64,000 bases of DNA from the human T2T-CHM13v2.0 reference genome, Homo sapiens. Of the stretch, positions 1 to 13,466 are shown in pieces. Both the position numbers and the translations under genes were made by a program. The DNA lies in the NCBI RefSeq assembly GCF_009914755.1, contig NC_060931.1, one strand, 5' to 3'. A model generated the notes under the pieces. The model had not been told where the DNA came from and made no database searches. It saw nothing but the letters and a program-made list of their open reading frames with translations. Every line of letters begins with the position of its first letter. The stretch's first letter is position 1.

Positions 1-2400
1 CATCCTTGTCTTGTTCCAGTTCTCAGAGGGAACGCTTTCAACTTTTTCTTATTCAGTTTTATGTTGGCTGTGGGTTTGTCATAGATGGCTTTTATCATTA
101 TTGAAGTATGTCCCTTGTAGGCCAATTTGGCTGAGAATTTTAAGCATAAAGGGATGCTGGACTTTGTCAAATGCTTTTTCCACATCTATTGAGATGATCA
201 TGTGATTTTTGTTTTTAATTCTGTTTATGTGGTGTATCACTTTTATTGACTTGGATATGTTAAACCATCCCTGCATCCCTGGTATAAAACCCATTTGATC
301 ATGGTGAATTATCTTTTTGATCCGTTGTTGGATTCAGTTACTTAGTATTTTGTTAAGGGTTTCAGCGTCTGTGTTTATCTGGGATATGGTTTTCTAGTTT
401 ATGTGTGTAAAGTTGTTCACAGTACCCTTGAATGATCTTTTGTATTTCTGTGATGTCAGCTGTAATATCTCCCGTTTCATTTCTTATTGAGCTTATTTGG
501 ATTTTCTTTCTTCTTTTCTTGGTTAATCTTGCTAATGGTCTATCAGTTGTACTTTTTCAAAGAATCAGCTTTTTATTTCATTTATCTTTTGTATTTTCTT
601 CTTTCAATTTCACTTAGTTCTGCTCTGATCTTGGTTATTTCCTTTCTTCTGCTGGTTTGGGTTTGATTTTTTCTTGTTTCTCTAGTTTCTTGAGGTGTGA
701 CCTTAGATTGTCTGTTTGTGCTCTTTCAGATTTTTTGATGTAGGCATTTAGGGCTATTAACTTGCCTCTTAGCACTGCCTTTGCTGTGTCCCAGAAGTTT
801 CGATAGGTTGTGTCACTGTTGTTGTTCAGTTTGAAGAATTTTCTTATTTCCATCTTGATTTCATTTTTGACCCAATGCTCATTCAGGAACAGGTTATTTA
901 ATTTCCATGTATTTGCATGGATTTGAAGGCTCCTTTTGGAGTTGATTTCCAGTTTTATTCCACTATGGTCTGAGAGAGTGCTTGATATAATTTCAATTGT
1001 CTTAAATTTATGAGACTCATTTTGTGGCCTATCATATGGTCTATCTTGGAGAAAGTTCCATGCACTGTTGAATAGAATGTATACTCTGCAGTTCTGGGTG
1101 GAATGTTGTATATATATCTGTTAAGTCCATTTGTTCCAGGGTATAGTTTAAATCCATTTTTTTGTTGTTGTTGTTGACTTTCTGTCTTGATGACCTGTCT
1201 AGTGCTGTCAGTGAAGTATTGAAGTCCCCCACTGTTATTGTGTTGCTGTCTATCTCATTTCTTAGGTCTAGTAGTAATTGTTTTATAAATTTGGGACCTC
1301 TATTATTAGGTGCATATATGTTTAGGATTGTGATATTTTCCTGTTGGACAAGGCCTATCATTATATGATGTCTCTCTTTTTTTTTTTTAACTGCTATTGC
1401 TTTAAAGTTTGTTTTGTCTGATATAAGAATAGTTACTCCCAAGATTATATGCCCTTTGTCTTCAGTTACCAGGTGGGTGGGAAGGACCATCAGGCGGGGG
1501 CAGGGTTAGGCATGTCTGAGCTCTAACTCTCCTTGGGTGGGGCTTGCTACAGCTGCTGTCCAGGATGGGGGTGAGGGTCTCCGGTCACTGGAGTTATGCT
1601 CCTTGGAGGATTATGGCTGCCTCTACTGTGTCATGCAGGTTATTTAGGGAAGTGGGGGAAAGCTGGCAGTCACAGGCCTCACCTAGCTTTCACACAATCC
1701 AAAGGGTCAGTCTCACTCCCACCGTGCTCCCCACAATAGCACCAACTCTGTTTCCAGGCAATGGGCTAGCAGGACTGAGAACTTGCCAAGGCCACCCACC
1801 TCCCAGCTGTGGCTTTCCTTCTTCCCCCACCTGTGGAGTCTGCACACTGGATTCACACCCTCACCCAAGTTCTGGCCAGTTCAAATTGTTACAATCAGTT
1901 CAAATTGTTACAAAGTTCAGCTGGAAATTCTCTTCTCCCTATGGTCTTTTCCCAGTGTCTCTGGCTGTCCTCACAAAGGACTCCTGTGAGGCCAGGCAAA
2001 AATGGCTGGCTAGGGAGCCCAGCGAGCTCCCAGGGCTTTTCCTGCTGCTTCCTCTACCCCTATATTTCACTCAGCTCTCTAAATTGACTCAGCTTCAGGT
2101 AAGGTCAGAATCTTCTCCCATAATCTAGGCAGTCAGTTTCCCCAGTGGGGGTGTATGTTCCAGGGCGGACGATCTCCCCTTCCCCCTTCCACAGTTTGGG
2201 CACTCACAGTATTTGGAGTGTCTCCCAGGTCCTGCAGAAGCAATCCGCTTCCTTCAGGGGATCTGTGGTTCTTCTCAGGTTTCCTCATGTATTCCTGCAG
2301 TTGTTCTGGAGCAAAAGTTCATGATGGGAGCCTCCACACAGTGCTCTGTCCGTCCAAGTCAGAGCTGCAATCTAGTCCTCCCTCCTGTATGCCATGATCT
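1..2400 (-). mobile_element. LINE-1 (older primate L1PA/L1PB-type): 5' UTR plus disrupted ORF2 endonuclease and RT-proximal fragments; continues beyond the window start
   Basis: Minus-strand ORFs give GVTILISDK, LNIYAPN, GDFNT and [12 protein letters not shown]...EKAFDK, all L1 ORF2 motifs; 1440-2400 resembles an L1 5' UTR. Confidence 0.92.
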
Positions 2401-2419
2401 GCCAAAAGCCCTGCTTTGA

Positions 2420-5400
2420 TCCTTTAGTGGTGTCATGTTTCCCTGTTTATTTATGATCCCTCATGTCTTTGTGCTAGTTCCTGTATTTACAACTCTATTT
2501 TCAACTGTATTTACACCTCTTCCAGTATTCACAACTGAATTTGGCAGAGAAAACCCTCTAGTAGTCAGCCAATCCAGAGATTCCTGGCAGGCTGATTAGT
2601 GAGGCCTATGGTTGAGCTTGCTGCAGAAGATAGCCCTTGAATAAGTTTTCCTGACTCCTGGGTCGAGGGAAAGGAGGGCTTGGCCTGAGGGCAGACCTCG
2701 ATCCTGAGTCTGTGGGTGCAGGCCTAGGTCCTGAATCCATGAGGAAGTATCTGGTGCCAGAGTTCTCTGTGGTGGGCCTGGTACCTGGATCTGCAAGGGA
2801 AGTTCTGAACCCTAAGTCTGTGGGAGAGGAGTAGGGCCTGGGTCTGTGGAACCAACCAGCCTGAAGCCTGGGTCTATGAGAACTGACCTGGAGCTGGGGT
2901 AGTCCTTGAGTCTAGATTGGGGGCCAGCACGGTACAGGGTGTGCCTAAAGAATGGTTCCTTAGGGGCTAGCCTGATGCCAGGGCAAGCCTAGAGCCTTGG
3001 TCTACAGGCACAGGCCTGGAACTTGGATCCACAGAGGCTGGCCTGGTGCCAGGGCCTACAGCGAAGCTGGGGGCTCACTTCACTATCCTTCTCAATCATG
3101 GAGGGATCTCTGCTGTGGCCTTGTGGTCTTAGGGGAGAGGTGACATGAATAATGTGAAACTGTGTTTCCTACCCTCTTCAGTGTGTCTCTTCTCATTTCT
3201 GTGCTCCACCCAGGTGCTGTAGTCACTTCTTTTGCTCTTATGAAGATATTTTTATGCATGGACGGCTTTTCAAAATGATGTTACTTTGAGGGGACAAGTG
3301 CAAGAAACTCCTGTTTCACCATCTTGCTTACATCACTCTTTGTGTATTTTTAAGTAAACATTTTTAATTTTGAAACAGATTTAGATTTACAGAAAAAATG
3401 CATTTAGTGCAGAGAAGTCATATATATACCCCACACCTAGTTATCTTACTATTAACATCTTACATTAGTATAATTATTTCATTATACTTCATAAACAAAT
3501 GTTGATAAATTATCTTTTGGTAGAGTTTATATTTTATTTGGATTTCCTTGGTTTTTACCTAATTTTATTTTTCTTTCAGGATCCAATTCAGTATACCACA
3601 ATGCATTTATTCATCATATTTTCTTAGGTTGTAATTTTTCAGACTTTCCTTATTTGTTATGACCTTCACAGTTTTGAATACTAATGTCAGGCAATTGTAG
3701 AATATCTCTCAGTAGACATTAATATGATAATTTTCTCATAATTAGACTTAGGTTATGGACTTAGCGGAAGCAGACCACAGAAGTATGAAAACACTCTCAT
3801 CACACCATATCAAGGATCTATGCATGTATGAAATCAAATACATTTATTTTATGCCTAGGGTTATAACACAATACTGCTTTGCTTAATTTTTGTTAAATTT
3901 TTTCAAATTTGACAATTGAGAATTATTTCAGTTGGCGCCTGTGTCTCTTTGATATGTTTTCATCATTCTTTCTGTCTTAAGCACTTCTTCACTCTCTTCT
4001 GGTACTACAAGATGCTCCAGGCTTAACTTGTGTATTTTTTGCTCCAGTCCTAGAATTTCTCCAAGAGGCCCTTATTAATTTTATTGAAGAATGGTATTAG
4101 AAACTAACTTCTGAGAGGTAAGAAGTTACCTCTCATTGCTACAGTGCACATTGCTACAGTGTTACTTTTGCATCTAGGATTTCTCAACTGCAAAGACATA
4201 TAAGTGTATACTAACAATTTCTACACACATATATACTTATTTCTATGTGTAACCAACTGTTTTTATAGCAAATTCATTGGATCCCTCCAACTGTAATCCA
4301 TTATCACATGGATCATTCTAGCTTTCTCTCTTGCTTATTTGTAATCTTCCACTCTAATAGCGAGAAATCTAGCTTCCAACCATCTTCTATCCATTTATGT
4401 GTTTAATTCCAGTATCTATGCAGTGGTTTCAGAATTATTAACTCCCATGGAAACAACTTTTTCAAGTCTTTAGTTGAAAATAGTCCTCATGCATATTTCC
4501 TTTCCTTTTAATCGTACACACTACTTATTTCTAAATTAACTTAGTTCGGCACCTATTCCTCACCCTATTCAGTGAAGTTGTGTCCAACATTTGCAGTAGA
4601 GTTAGAATCTTTCTTCATATTCTGCATTCCATCCTGGGATCACTAAACTCATAACTAAATTTTTAAAATTTGCATAACTAAAGTTCATTCTTTATGCTGT
4701 AAAGTTGGTTTTCAAAGGTACATTATTTTTTGTATCCACCATTACAGTGTAATACAGAATAGTTTCACCACCCTAAATAATTTTTTTTTTTTTTTGAGCT
4801 AGAGTCTTGCTCCGTTGCCCAGGCTGGAGTGTAGTGGTGCAATCTCATGTCATTGCAACCTTTGTCTTCTGGTTTGGTTGATTCTCCTGCCTCAGCCTCC
4901 CGAGTAGCTAGGATTACAGGTGTGTGCCACCAGGCCCAGCTAATTTTTTTGTATTTTTAGTAGAGATAGGGTTTCACCATGTTGGCCGGGCTGGTCTTGA
5001 ACTCATGACCTCAGGTGATTCGCCCACCTTGGCTTCCCAAAGTGCTAGGACTACACGTGTGAGCCACCATGCCTGGCCCCTAAAACAATTCTCATATTCA
5101 ATTATTCCACCTTCCCACCTGCTTTGAACAACAGCAACCACTGTTATGTTTACAAAAAGTCATATAACTGAAATCATACAGTATGTACCCATATCAGTCT
5201 GACTTTTTTATTTAATAATAGGCATTTAATATTCCTCCATGTTGTTGTATGAATTAATAAGTCATCCTTTTTTTCCATTGAGGAATATGCCATTGTCTGG
5301 CTGCTGCAGTTTGTTTATCCATTCAGCTCTTAAAGGATATTTTAGTTGCTTCCAGCTACTATGAATAAAGTTTCTAATAGCACTTTTGTATACTGGTTTT

Positions 5401-5720
5401 GTGTGGGCATGCATTTTCAAATAAATTGGGTAAATACCTAAGAACACAGTTACTGGATCATAAGAAAGACAATATTTTAGCTCTAATATGCACTGTCAAA
5501 CTGTCTTCCAATGGGCCTGTACCATATTGCAGTTCCAGAAGCAATGGATGAGGTTTTCTGTTTCCCTGCATCTGCACTGGCAATTGGTATTGTCAGGTTT
5601 TTGGATTTTAGCCATTCTAATAAGTTTAGCAGTATCTCATTATTGTTTTAGTTTGCATTTCCCAAATGGCAAATGTTTAGTATCTTTTCACATGCTTATT
5701 TGCAATATGTATATCCTCTT
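2420..5720 (-). mobile_element. Degenerate ancient L1M-type fragments, interrupted by an Alu
   Basis: T-rich L1-like 3' end motifs (ttgggtaaatacctaag, gccattctaata) and GC-rich repeated 5' UTR-like units at 2680-3060. Confidence 0.55.
4781..5078 (-). mobile_element. Alu (S-type)
   Basis: PolyT followed by a reverse Alu dimer; CCCTAAA on both flanks. Confidence 0.95.
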
Positions 5721-5899
5721 TACTGGGAGAGAAACATCTTTTTTTGCTGACAAAGCATAGATTCTTTTTTACCAGATTAAAAAAAAAAAGATAAAATTAA
5801 ATGTGTCAATGGCAAGAGGTAAAGCTAAAGAGCTAGGCAGGAATGGCACCCCAAAATGTTACAGCAATTATTCCAGTGATGATGTTGAAAGAGAGACAA

Positions 5900-6720
5900 T
5901 ATTTGATTTGCAGTTTTGGAAGCTCCTTATTACTGCAGGGTGGAAAAGATATGGAGTAAAGCAACAGTAAAGATAGAAAATCACATTCAAAGGTTGTGTG
6001 GTAATCTAGGTAGCCTGGTGATGATGTTAAGAGTTGAAATTCAAATAGTAATAACAGGATAAATCAACAGGACTTGTTGATTCATTGGAAATTGGGGAAA
6101 AAAAAGAAAACAGCAAGATGACTTGAAGCTCTCTTAATTGCAGAATGATTGCAATATAGTGCCATTGCTGTGTTAGTAAACAGTAAAATAAGTACAGATT
6201 TGGGAAGATCACAAGATAAGTCCTGGCCATGTTGAATTTGATGTGCCTGGGAAATATTAAAGTGAATATTTTCAATAGTCAGATGGTCCTAGATCTCAGA
6301 AGAGAAGTTTTGAATTAAAGATACAGGCCTGGAAATTCTCAATGATGTAACTGAAATTGAAATAGCTGAGATTGTTAAGTCTTGCGTAAAGAATGAAAAG
6401 AATATGGTATAGGACATTGTTCTTAGAAGTACTAGCATAGAATGAAGGGTTGAAACAGAGGGCCTTGGAAAAAGGTACTGGGACGGCCAAGGAAATAGGA
6501 AGAGAAATAGAAGACTGTGATGTTTAAAAATCAAGAGAAAATAAAGTTTTAGATGCATGAGTTGGCCATCAGAGTTAAATTATGTTGAGAGGTCCAATTA
6601 GATAAGATATGAAAAATGTCCACTGATTTATTTTGCAAGAACGTTTTTAGTCACCTTGGTGAAATAAGTTTCAGTGCATTTCTGTTGGCTCAATCCAGAT
6701 TACACTGGATTAAGTCATGA
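5900..6720. mobile_element. L2-like remnant
   Basis: Purine-rich, with L2-type motifs (gccatgttgaatttgatgtgcc, aatccagattacactggatt). Confidence 0.5.
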
Positions 6721-7499
6721 ATGGAAAATGGATATCTTATAAAAGAGAAAGCCATCTGAGAACCAGCCTAAATTCGGCCCATAAGGACCATCAGGGGAAT
6801 AAGGCGACACCAACAGAGTCTGTGTGGAATGAGCCACAGAGCAACGGAACAGCTGGAAACCACCCCTGGGGAAACAGCATCAGCTGCCTGGAGTCTTGTG
6901 ACCATCGTCACGTTGGTCCTTTGCCCTCTCCCATCTCCGGGCCTGCTGTCTGGAATGTAGATGTGGCCACATTGAACCACAAAGATGAGGACCACATTCA
7001 GCCTCTCTCAGACTTCAAAGAGCAGAATGTCAGAAAAGCCTTGAATCTCTGACCTCCAGACATTGTTTGTGCGACAGGTAGATAAAGTTCAATCTCGCTT
7101 AAGGTGTTATTTGGGGGGTTTCGTCACTCTGAACATAATTCAATTCTTTCTAAAAAACCTGCTGCCTTAACGATGCTAGCTTCACTCCCGCAGGTAAGTT
7201 TGTGTGTTTGGTGACAGAAAGCTGAAGGAGCTTTCCTCCCATAGCCTCTATTGAATATTTAGAGCAGCAATAGTGGCTTTTTATCACAAAAGGAGAGCTC
7301 TTGAGGCTGAAGGAAGAGGTAGCTGGCAAGAGTGAAATAGTAACTGTGGAGAGTGTGGAGTGAACCAAGCAAGGGATTAATAGATTGATAATTATTACTT
7401 TGAAAATAATAGAGTTAATAGATTTATAATTATTGCTATGAAAATAATAGAGTTACAAGCAACACCAAGGGCCCATTTGAGACTACTAAGAATGAATGT

Positions 7500-10050
7500 T
7501 TCATGATATCAGTTTAATGGTAATGGTTTTGAATTTCTTTTTTTTTTTCATTAAAGAAAACTGCAGAAAACATAAATGTCCAGATCAACAAATCAACACA
7601 GAGAACACCCATAGAACCAGTTCCTGGGTCAAGAAATAGAATATGATGAGACCCGCTGGGCCTCTGCCCACATGACACCCCTTTCACTTTTCCAATATTT
7701 ATTTCTATTACCATAGTATAGCTCTACCTGGTTTTAAGACTTTATTGAATGGTACCATAGAGTATGTGCTCTTCTGCGTCTAACCTCCTGTGTTCAATAC
7801 ATTTATGAGATTTATCAATTTTGTTGTCTATAGCTATACTTGTTGATTTTCTTTGATGTCTGATATTTAATTATATGAATATGCCACAACTTATTAAGCT
7901 GTAGATAGACATTAGGGGTATTTACAGTTTTGACCTCTTAAAGGTAACTATGATGGATTATGCCAGGTAATTATTGTGATATTATTGCATAAGTTTCTTA
8001 GTGTAGAGATACACAAATTCCTATTGCATATATACCTAGGAATGGAATTAGAGTTCATAGTGTAAGTACATCTTACACTTAGCAGACGTGTTAAAATGTG
8101 TTCCACAGTGCTAGTACTAATTTGGTGGTTTCCCACCACATTGCATGAGCCTTCCTATATTGCTTCACATATTCCTTCACAGATCAATACTTGAAATAAT
8201 ACTTGAAAATAACAATCTTCTAAATTTGGAGATTCTAATGGGAGCATACTATCTCACTGTGCTTTCATTTACATTTGAGTTGCTGCTAAAGAGATGAAAT
8301 GTCTTCATGTATTTATTCAGTTTTTAGATATTCTTTTTTGTGAAGTGAGTGTAAAGTGTTTTGCTGATTTTAAAAAATAGTATGTCTTTTCTTATTGATC
8401 TATGGAAATTTTTAATATATTCTGAATATGAGCTTTCCCATTCTACTCTACATCTGTCATTCTTAATTAATAGTATCTTTTGGTGAACAGAACTTAATTT
8501 TAATGGAGTTCAATTTGTCCATTTTTTCCTTTATGGGTGGTATTTTTAACCCCATTTAAGCAATACTTCCCTATACCAAAATCAAGAGTATTTACCTCTA
8601 TATTATTGTCTAGGAACTTTAACGTTTTGGTGTTCTAACTTCGACCATATTAAACCTAGATTTTTTCTCAACAGAGTTTGAAGTTAGGAATCATATTTTC
8701 CTTTGTTTCCATGCAGCCATCCAAAAGACCGACCATCTTTATAGAAAATATCTTCCTTTGATTATTTACCTCAAATCTCACCTTTATCGTATATAAAAGT
8801 CCATATATACACATTCAGATGCCTAAATTCTCTCCTTTAATATTGTTTGTTCATTTCTCTAACCTCATGCTAATATGACAATGTCCTAACAATTCTTTAT
8901 ATTATCTTGATATCTAGTAGATCAAGCCTTCATAGCTGCTATAGTCTGAATATTTGTGTCCTCCACAAAATTCATATGTTACAGTCTAATCCCCAATGCA
9001 ATGGCATTTGGAGGTGGGGCTTTTAGAAGATGATTGGGTTACGAAAGTGGACACCTCATGAATGGAATTGGTGTCCTTATAAAAGAAACCCCAGAGAGCT
9101 CTTTCACCATGGATATTCAGGTAAAGACACAGTGAGAAGACAATAATCTATAAACCAGGAAGTGCACCCTCACCATCTGCCAGTGCCTTCATCTTGGATT
9201 TCCCAGCCTCCAGAATTATGGGGAATAAATTTCTGTTATTTATAAGCCACCCAGCCTTATGGTATTCTGTTGTAGCAGCCCAGATTGACTACGGCAATTT
9301 CTCTTCTTTAAAAAAAAAAAATCTTTGCTATTCTTTATTCTCAAAAATTTCCAGAAGAAATGTAAAATTCCTTGTCAATCACCACAAATGACCTTTTGAC
9401 ATTTTTATTAGATTGCATAAATACATAAAGTCATGTGTCTTCCAGTCAATGAAGATGAAAATACCCTCATTTTATTTAGATATTCTTACATTTCTCTCAA
9501 CACATTAATAGTTTTCTATACAGAAAACCTGCACTTTTTCATTAGATTTATTCACAGGTGTTTGATAATTTTATTCTCTTGTAAATTTTATCTTTTTAAA
9601 CTATTTTAATAGTCAATCTTTGTTGCTAGGATATGGAAATACAATTGATTTGATACATTGACCTTACATGCAAAAATTTTTTCTAAATTTACATATAAAT
9701 TCTGACAATTTATCTTTAGATTTTGAATTTTCTACATATATAGTCATATCAACTGCAAATATTGTCAGTTTTATTTCAACTTTTTTGATTCTTACATATT
9801 TTATTCATTATTCTTGATTTAATGTGCTGTTAGCTAGTACCTCCAATACAATGTTGAATGGTTCTGAAGGTTGTGGGCATTTTTTCTAAGTCCGAAACTC
9901 AGAGGCACACATCAACATTTTGCTGTTAAATATGATATTTGATTTTGATATGTAATAGATGTCCTTCTTAATATTAAAACAGTTCTCATATTTTTGTGTT
10001 AAGAAATTTTTTAAATAATAATCACAAATTGATATTTAATTTTATTACAT
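7500..10050 (-). mobile_element. Ancient L1ME-like fragments, interrupted by an LTR
   Basis: Degenerate antisense L1 3'/ORF2 motifs (atatacctaggaatggaatt, acctccaatacaatgttgaat). Confidence 0.55.
8937..9296 (+). mobile_element. MaLR solo LTR (MST/MLT1A-like)
   Basis: TG...CA ends; tgctatagtctgaat start; ccagcctccagaa...aataaatttctgtt...gtagcagccc end motifs. Confidence 0.8.
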
Positions 10051-10074
10051 TTTCGTTAATTTCTTAAAGTGGTT

Positions 10075-10700
10075 CACTAAATGAGATCCAAGATTTACCA
10101 TGCTAGCATTAGAAGTTGAAAGTGGTTCTAAGAGTTTGCTTGGCTCGGTAACTGAAACGTGGATTTAAAGATGGCTTACATTCAAGGAAGTTAAAATTAT
10201 AAACTTCCATAGTATAATATGGAAAAAGATACCAAAGATTCAGGAAGATAGGAATGCTGTATGTATTTATTATGTGAAACACATTTACCTTCCCACTATT
10301 CCCTGGGAGGGCTCAGAAGACACCCTGTTCTCTAAGACATTACCAATTATCAGTGAAGCATCACTAGCTTCCATAAAGCCAGCTCTGTGGGGTCAGCCTT
10401 CGGTAGTGCAACATTGTAATGGGCTCCTTTTTTGATGGGGATGACTTCTTCATGGCAGCACTTAAACATTTAATTAAGCACAAAAGTGCAGTAATAAGCC
10501 AAATAATGCCATGGCCATCCAGGGATTTTAATCTGGTATGGATCTCTGCTTGTGGCCCATTAATCATGATGGACCTAGAAACTAAATATGTAACTACTGA
10601 TACATAGTATTACCCAATATATACAACTGGGAAAAAACATAAAAGACTTTAGATCTGGTCAATAGAAACATGACTAGGCATGTGGTATCATCCAGAGAGT
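10075..10700 (+). mobile_element. ERVL-class internal fragment
   Basis: Resembles my recall of ERVL internal sequence (agtttgcttggct...gctgaaac, ccctgggagggc...agaagacac). Confidence 0.4.
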
Positions 10701-10719
10701 AGATCTCTATTAAGAACTG

Positions 10720-10771
10720 AGTGTGTGTTTGTGTATGTGTGAGAGAGAGAGGAGAGAGAGAGAGAGAGAGA
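10720..10771 (+). repeat. Compound (TG)n(GA)n microsatellite
   Basis: Seen directly. Confidence 0.9.
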
Positions 10772-10841
10772 ATATTTACTGAAGAGGGAGAAGACATAGA
10801 GAAGTTTCTCTATGTCTCTAATCTTAGAAGAGAGAACTCTA

Positions 10842-11155
<314 letters not shown>

Positions 11156-11825
11156 CTAGGATGCAATGGAGAGAACTGGAGAAGGTCTGGACCAGTATGG
11201 AAAAGAGAGGGTCCCATAGAGTACAGAAGGCTGGTACATCTTGCTTGGAGAATGAGGGTATCTAGCACATGTGGTCCAGTCATGTTGTCTGGCTAAAAGA
11301 CTGCAACGAAAAGAGTGCCAGCTACAGTTTTTCCTTTACTCTTACATTTACTCCCTTCTCTCCAGTTCTATCACAACCCTGAAATTCATTGTCACAGCAC
11401 ACCATTCCTGTGCATGTGCATGCATGCACACAACACACATATCCACCCCTCTCAGTATGGAGCAGCAAACACAATATTCACAATTAGTAACCAAGCCCTC
11501 TGAATATAACACAAATCCCAGGAAATTTTGAAGACTTGCTCTATCTTTTTATTTTCTCCTTCTTAAATTGCAGTGCAGTTTCCAAAGTATAGTTTCCTGT
11601 ACCCATGTTTCCTTAAATCTAAAGTGTCTTTGCCCAATCTTAGCAATTACCAAGACTAATTGATGATTCAGCCCAGCCATTGGGGTTACTCCCACAGGAC
11701 CTATAGGTCTCTCCAAAGAGAATGTAAGCCGACTCCTACTCCTGAATTTAGAACGCTCTGACGGGATAAAAAATTACTTTTATCCACCTCAAATAACCCC
11801 CAACTAAATTCTGTTTATAAGACTC

Positions 11826-12129
11826 TTTTTTTTTTTTTTTTTTTTTTTTGAGACGGAGTATCGCTCTGTCACCCAGGCTGAAATGCAATGTCGCGATCTC
11901 GGCTCACTGCAGTCTCTGCCTCCTGGGTTCAAGAAATTCTCCTGCCTCAGCCTCCTGAGTAGCTGGGATTACAGGCACATGCCACCACGCCCAGCTAATT
12001 TTTGTACTTTTAGTAAAGACAGGGTTTCACCATGTTGGTCAGGCTGGTCTTGAACTCTTGACCTCATGATCTGCCCACCTCGGCGTCCCAAAGTGTTGGG
12101 ATTACAGGTGCAAGCTACCACGCCCAGCC
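11826..12129 (-). mobile_element. Alu (S-type)
   Basis: PolyT plus reverse Alu; AAGACTCTT on both flanks. Confidence 0.95.
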
Positions 12130-13164
12130 TAAAAGACTCTTAAATGATCTTTCATCTTGTACCTTGCCAGTTACCCAGTCATGATGCTTAACTTGATATC
12201 GGATCTAAGGTCTTCATATTACTCTTTAGCTAGGGTAGTCATATCATTTACCATCCAAAGGGCACAGCTTTTGACAGTATAATAAAAGTGTGTGCCAGTA
12301 ATAATTACAATGGGACAACTGACATAAATCAGTACCATTCTAGTGGTGTCACATTTTTAACCAACCTAGGATTTCCATGATGGTCCCCTAATTCTCAGGA
12401 TTCTAAGAGTCCAGGGACTACACAAAGCTCTGTGATGACTAGGATCCCTTTCCTAAGTCACTGAGCCCTTCCTACTGTGACCCGAATAACTCCAATCAAG
12501 TTTATTATCATAAAGAATCACTCCATCGCCATTTAATAACATACCTGGCTCAGTTTACTTTAGGATGGGTGGAAGCTCCATACATACTGGAGTCATACCA
12601 AAACGATTTTCCGAAAATAACTCTGCTAGAACACTGCTAAATCAAATATAGAACTCCAGACTCTTGCCCTGCCCCTCTTCTCACACATATCTCATAAATA
12701 TAGTCTCAAGGCCCTAGTGTATTTTTTATGTAGTCTTGTTTTGAACTAATTTCAGTTTTTCTTTCAAATATTAGTTCTTAATTCCTCAATATCCACAGAG
12801 TATACTTACCACAGTTTGCCTCAGGAGAAGCTCAGAATATTCCCATGCATTCTCCTAAAAATGCCTCTATAAGATTTAATGAGACTTCCCTTTTCATTCC
12901 ATCTGAATTTTACAAAGCCTCAGGTTCATGCGTCAAAGATAGGGATAAATGACGATAAAAATCAGTTAGCTTTTATTGAACACTACTGTATACCTGACAC
13001 TGTGATTAAGCATTTGCATGCATTATCTCAATGGATCTGCACAAAATATGAAAAAGGAACTATTATTTACAGGGAAAGTGGGTGAGGTCTAGGAAGGGTA
13101 AGCCACTTGCTTAAGAACATATAGACAATAAATACTGAGAGGAAATTTGACCCCAGGTTGGTAG

Positions 13165-13466
<302 letters not shown>

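Noticed and set aside
1877-1913. 19-bp tandem repeat CAGTTCAAATTGTTACAA(T)
   Set aside because: Small slippage duplication inside a dead L1 5' UTR.
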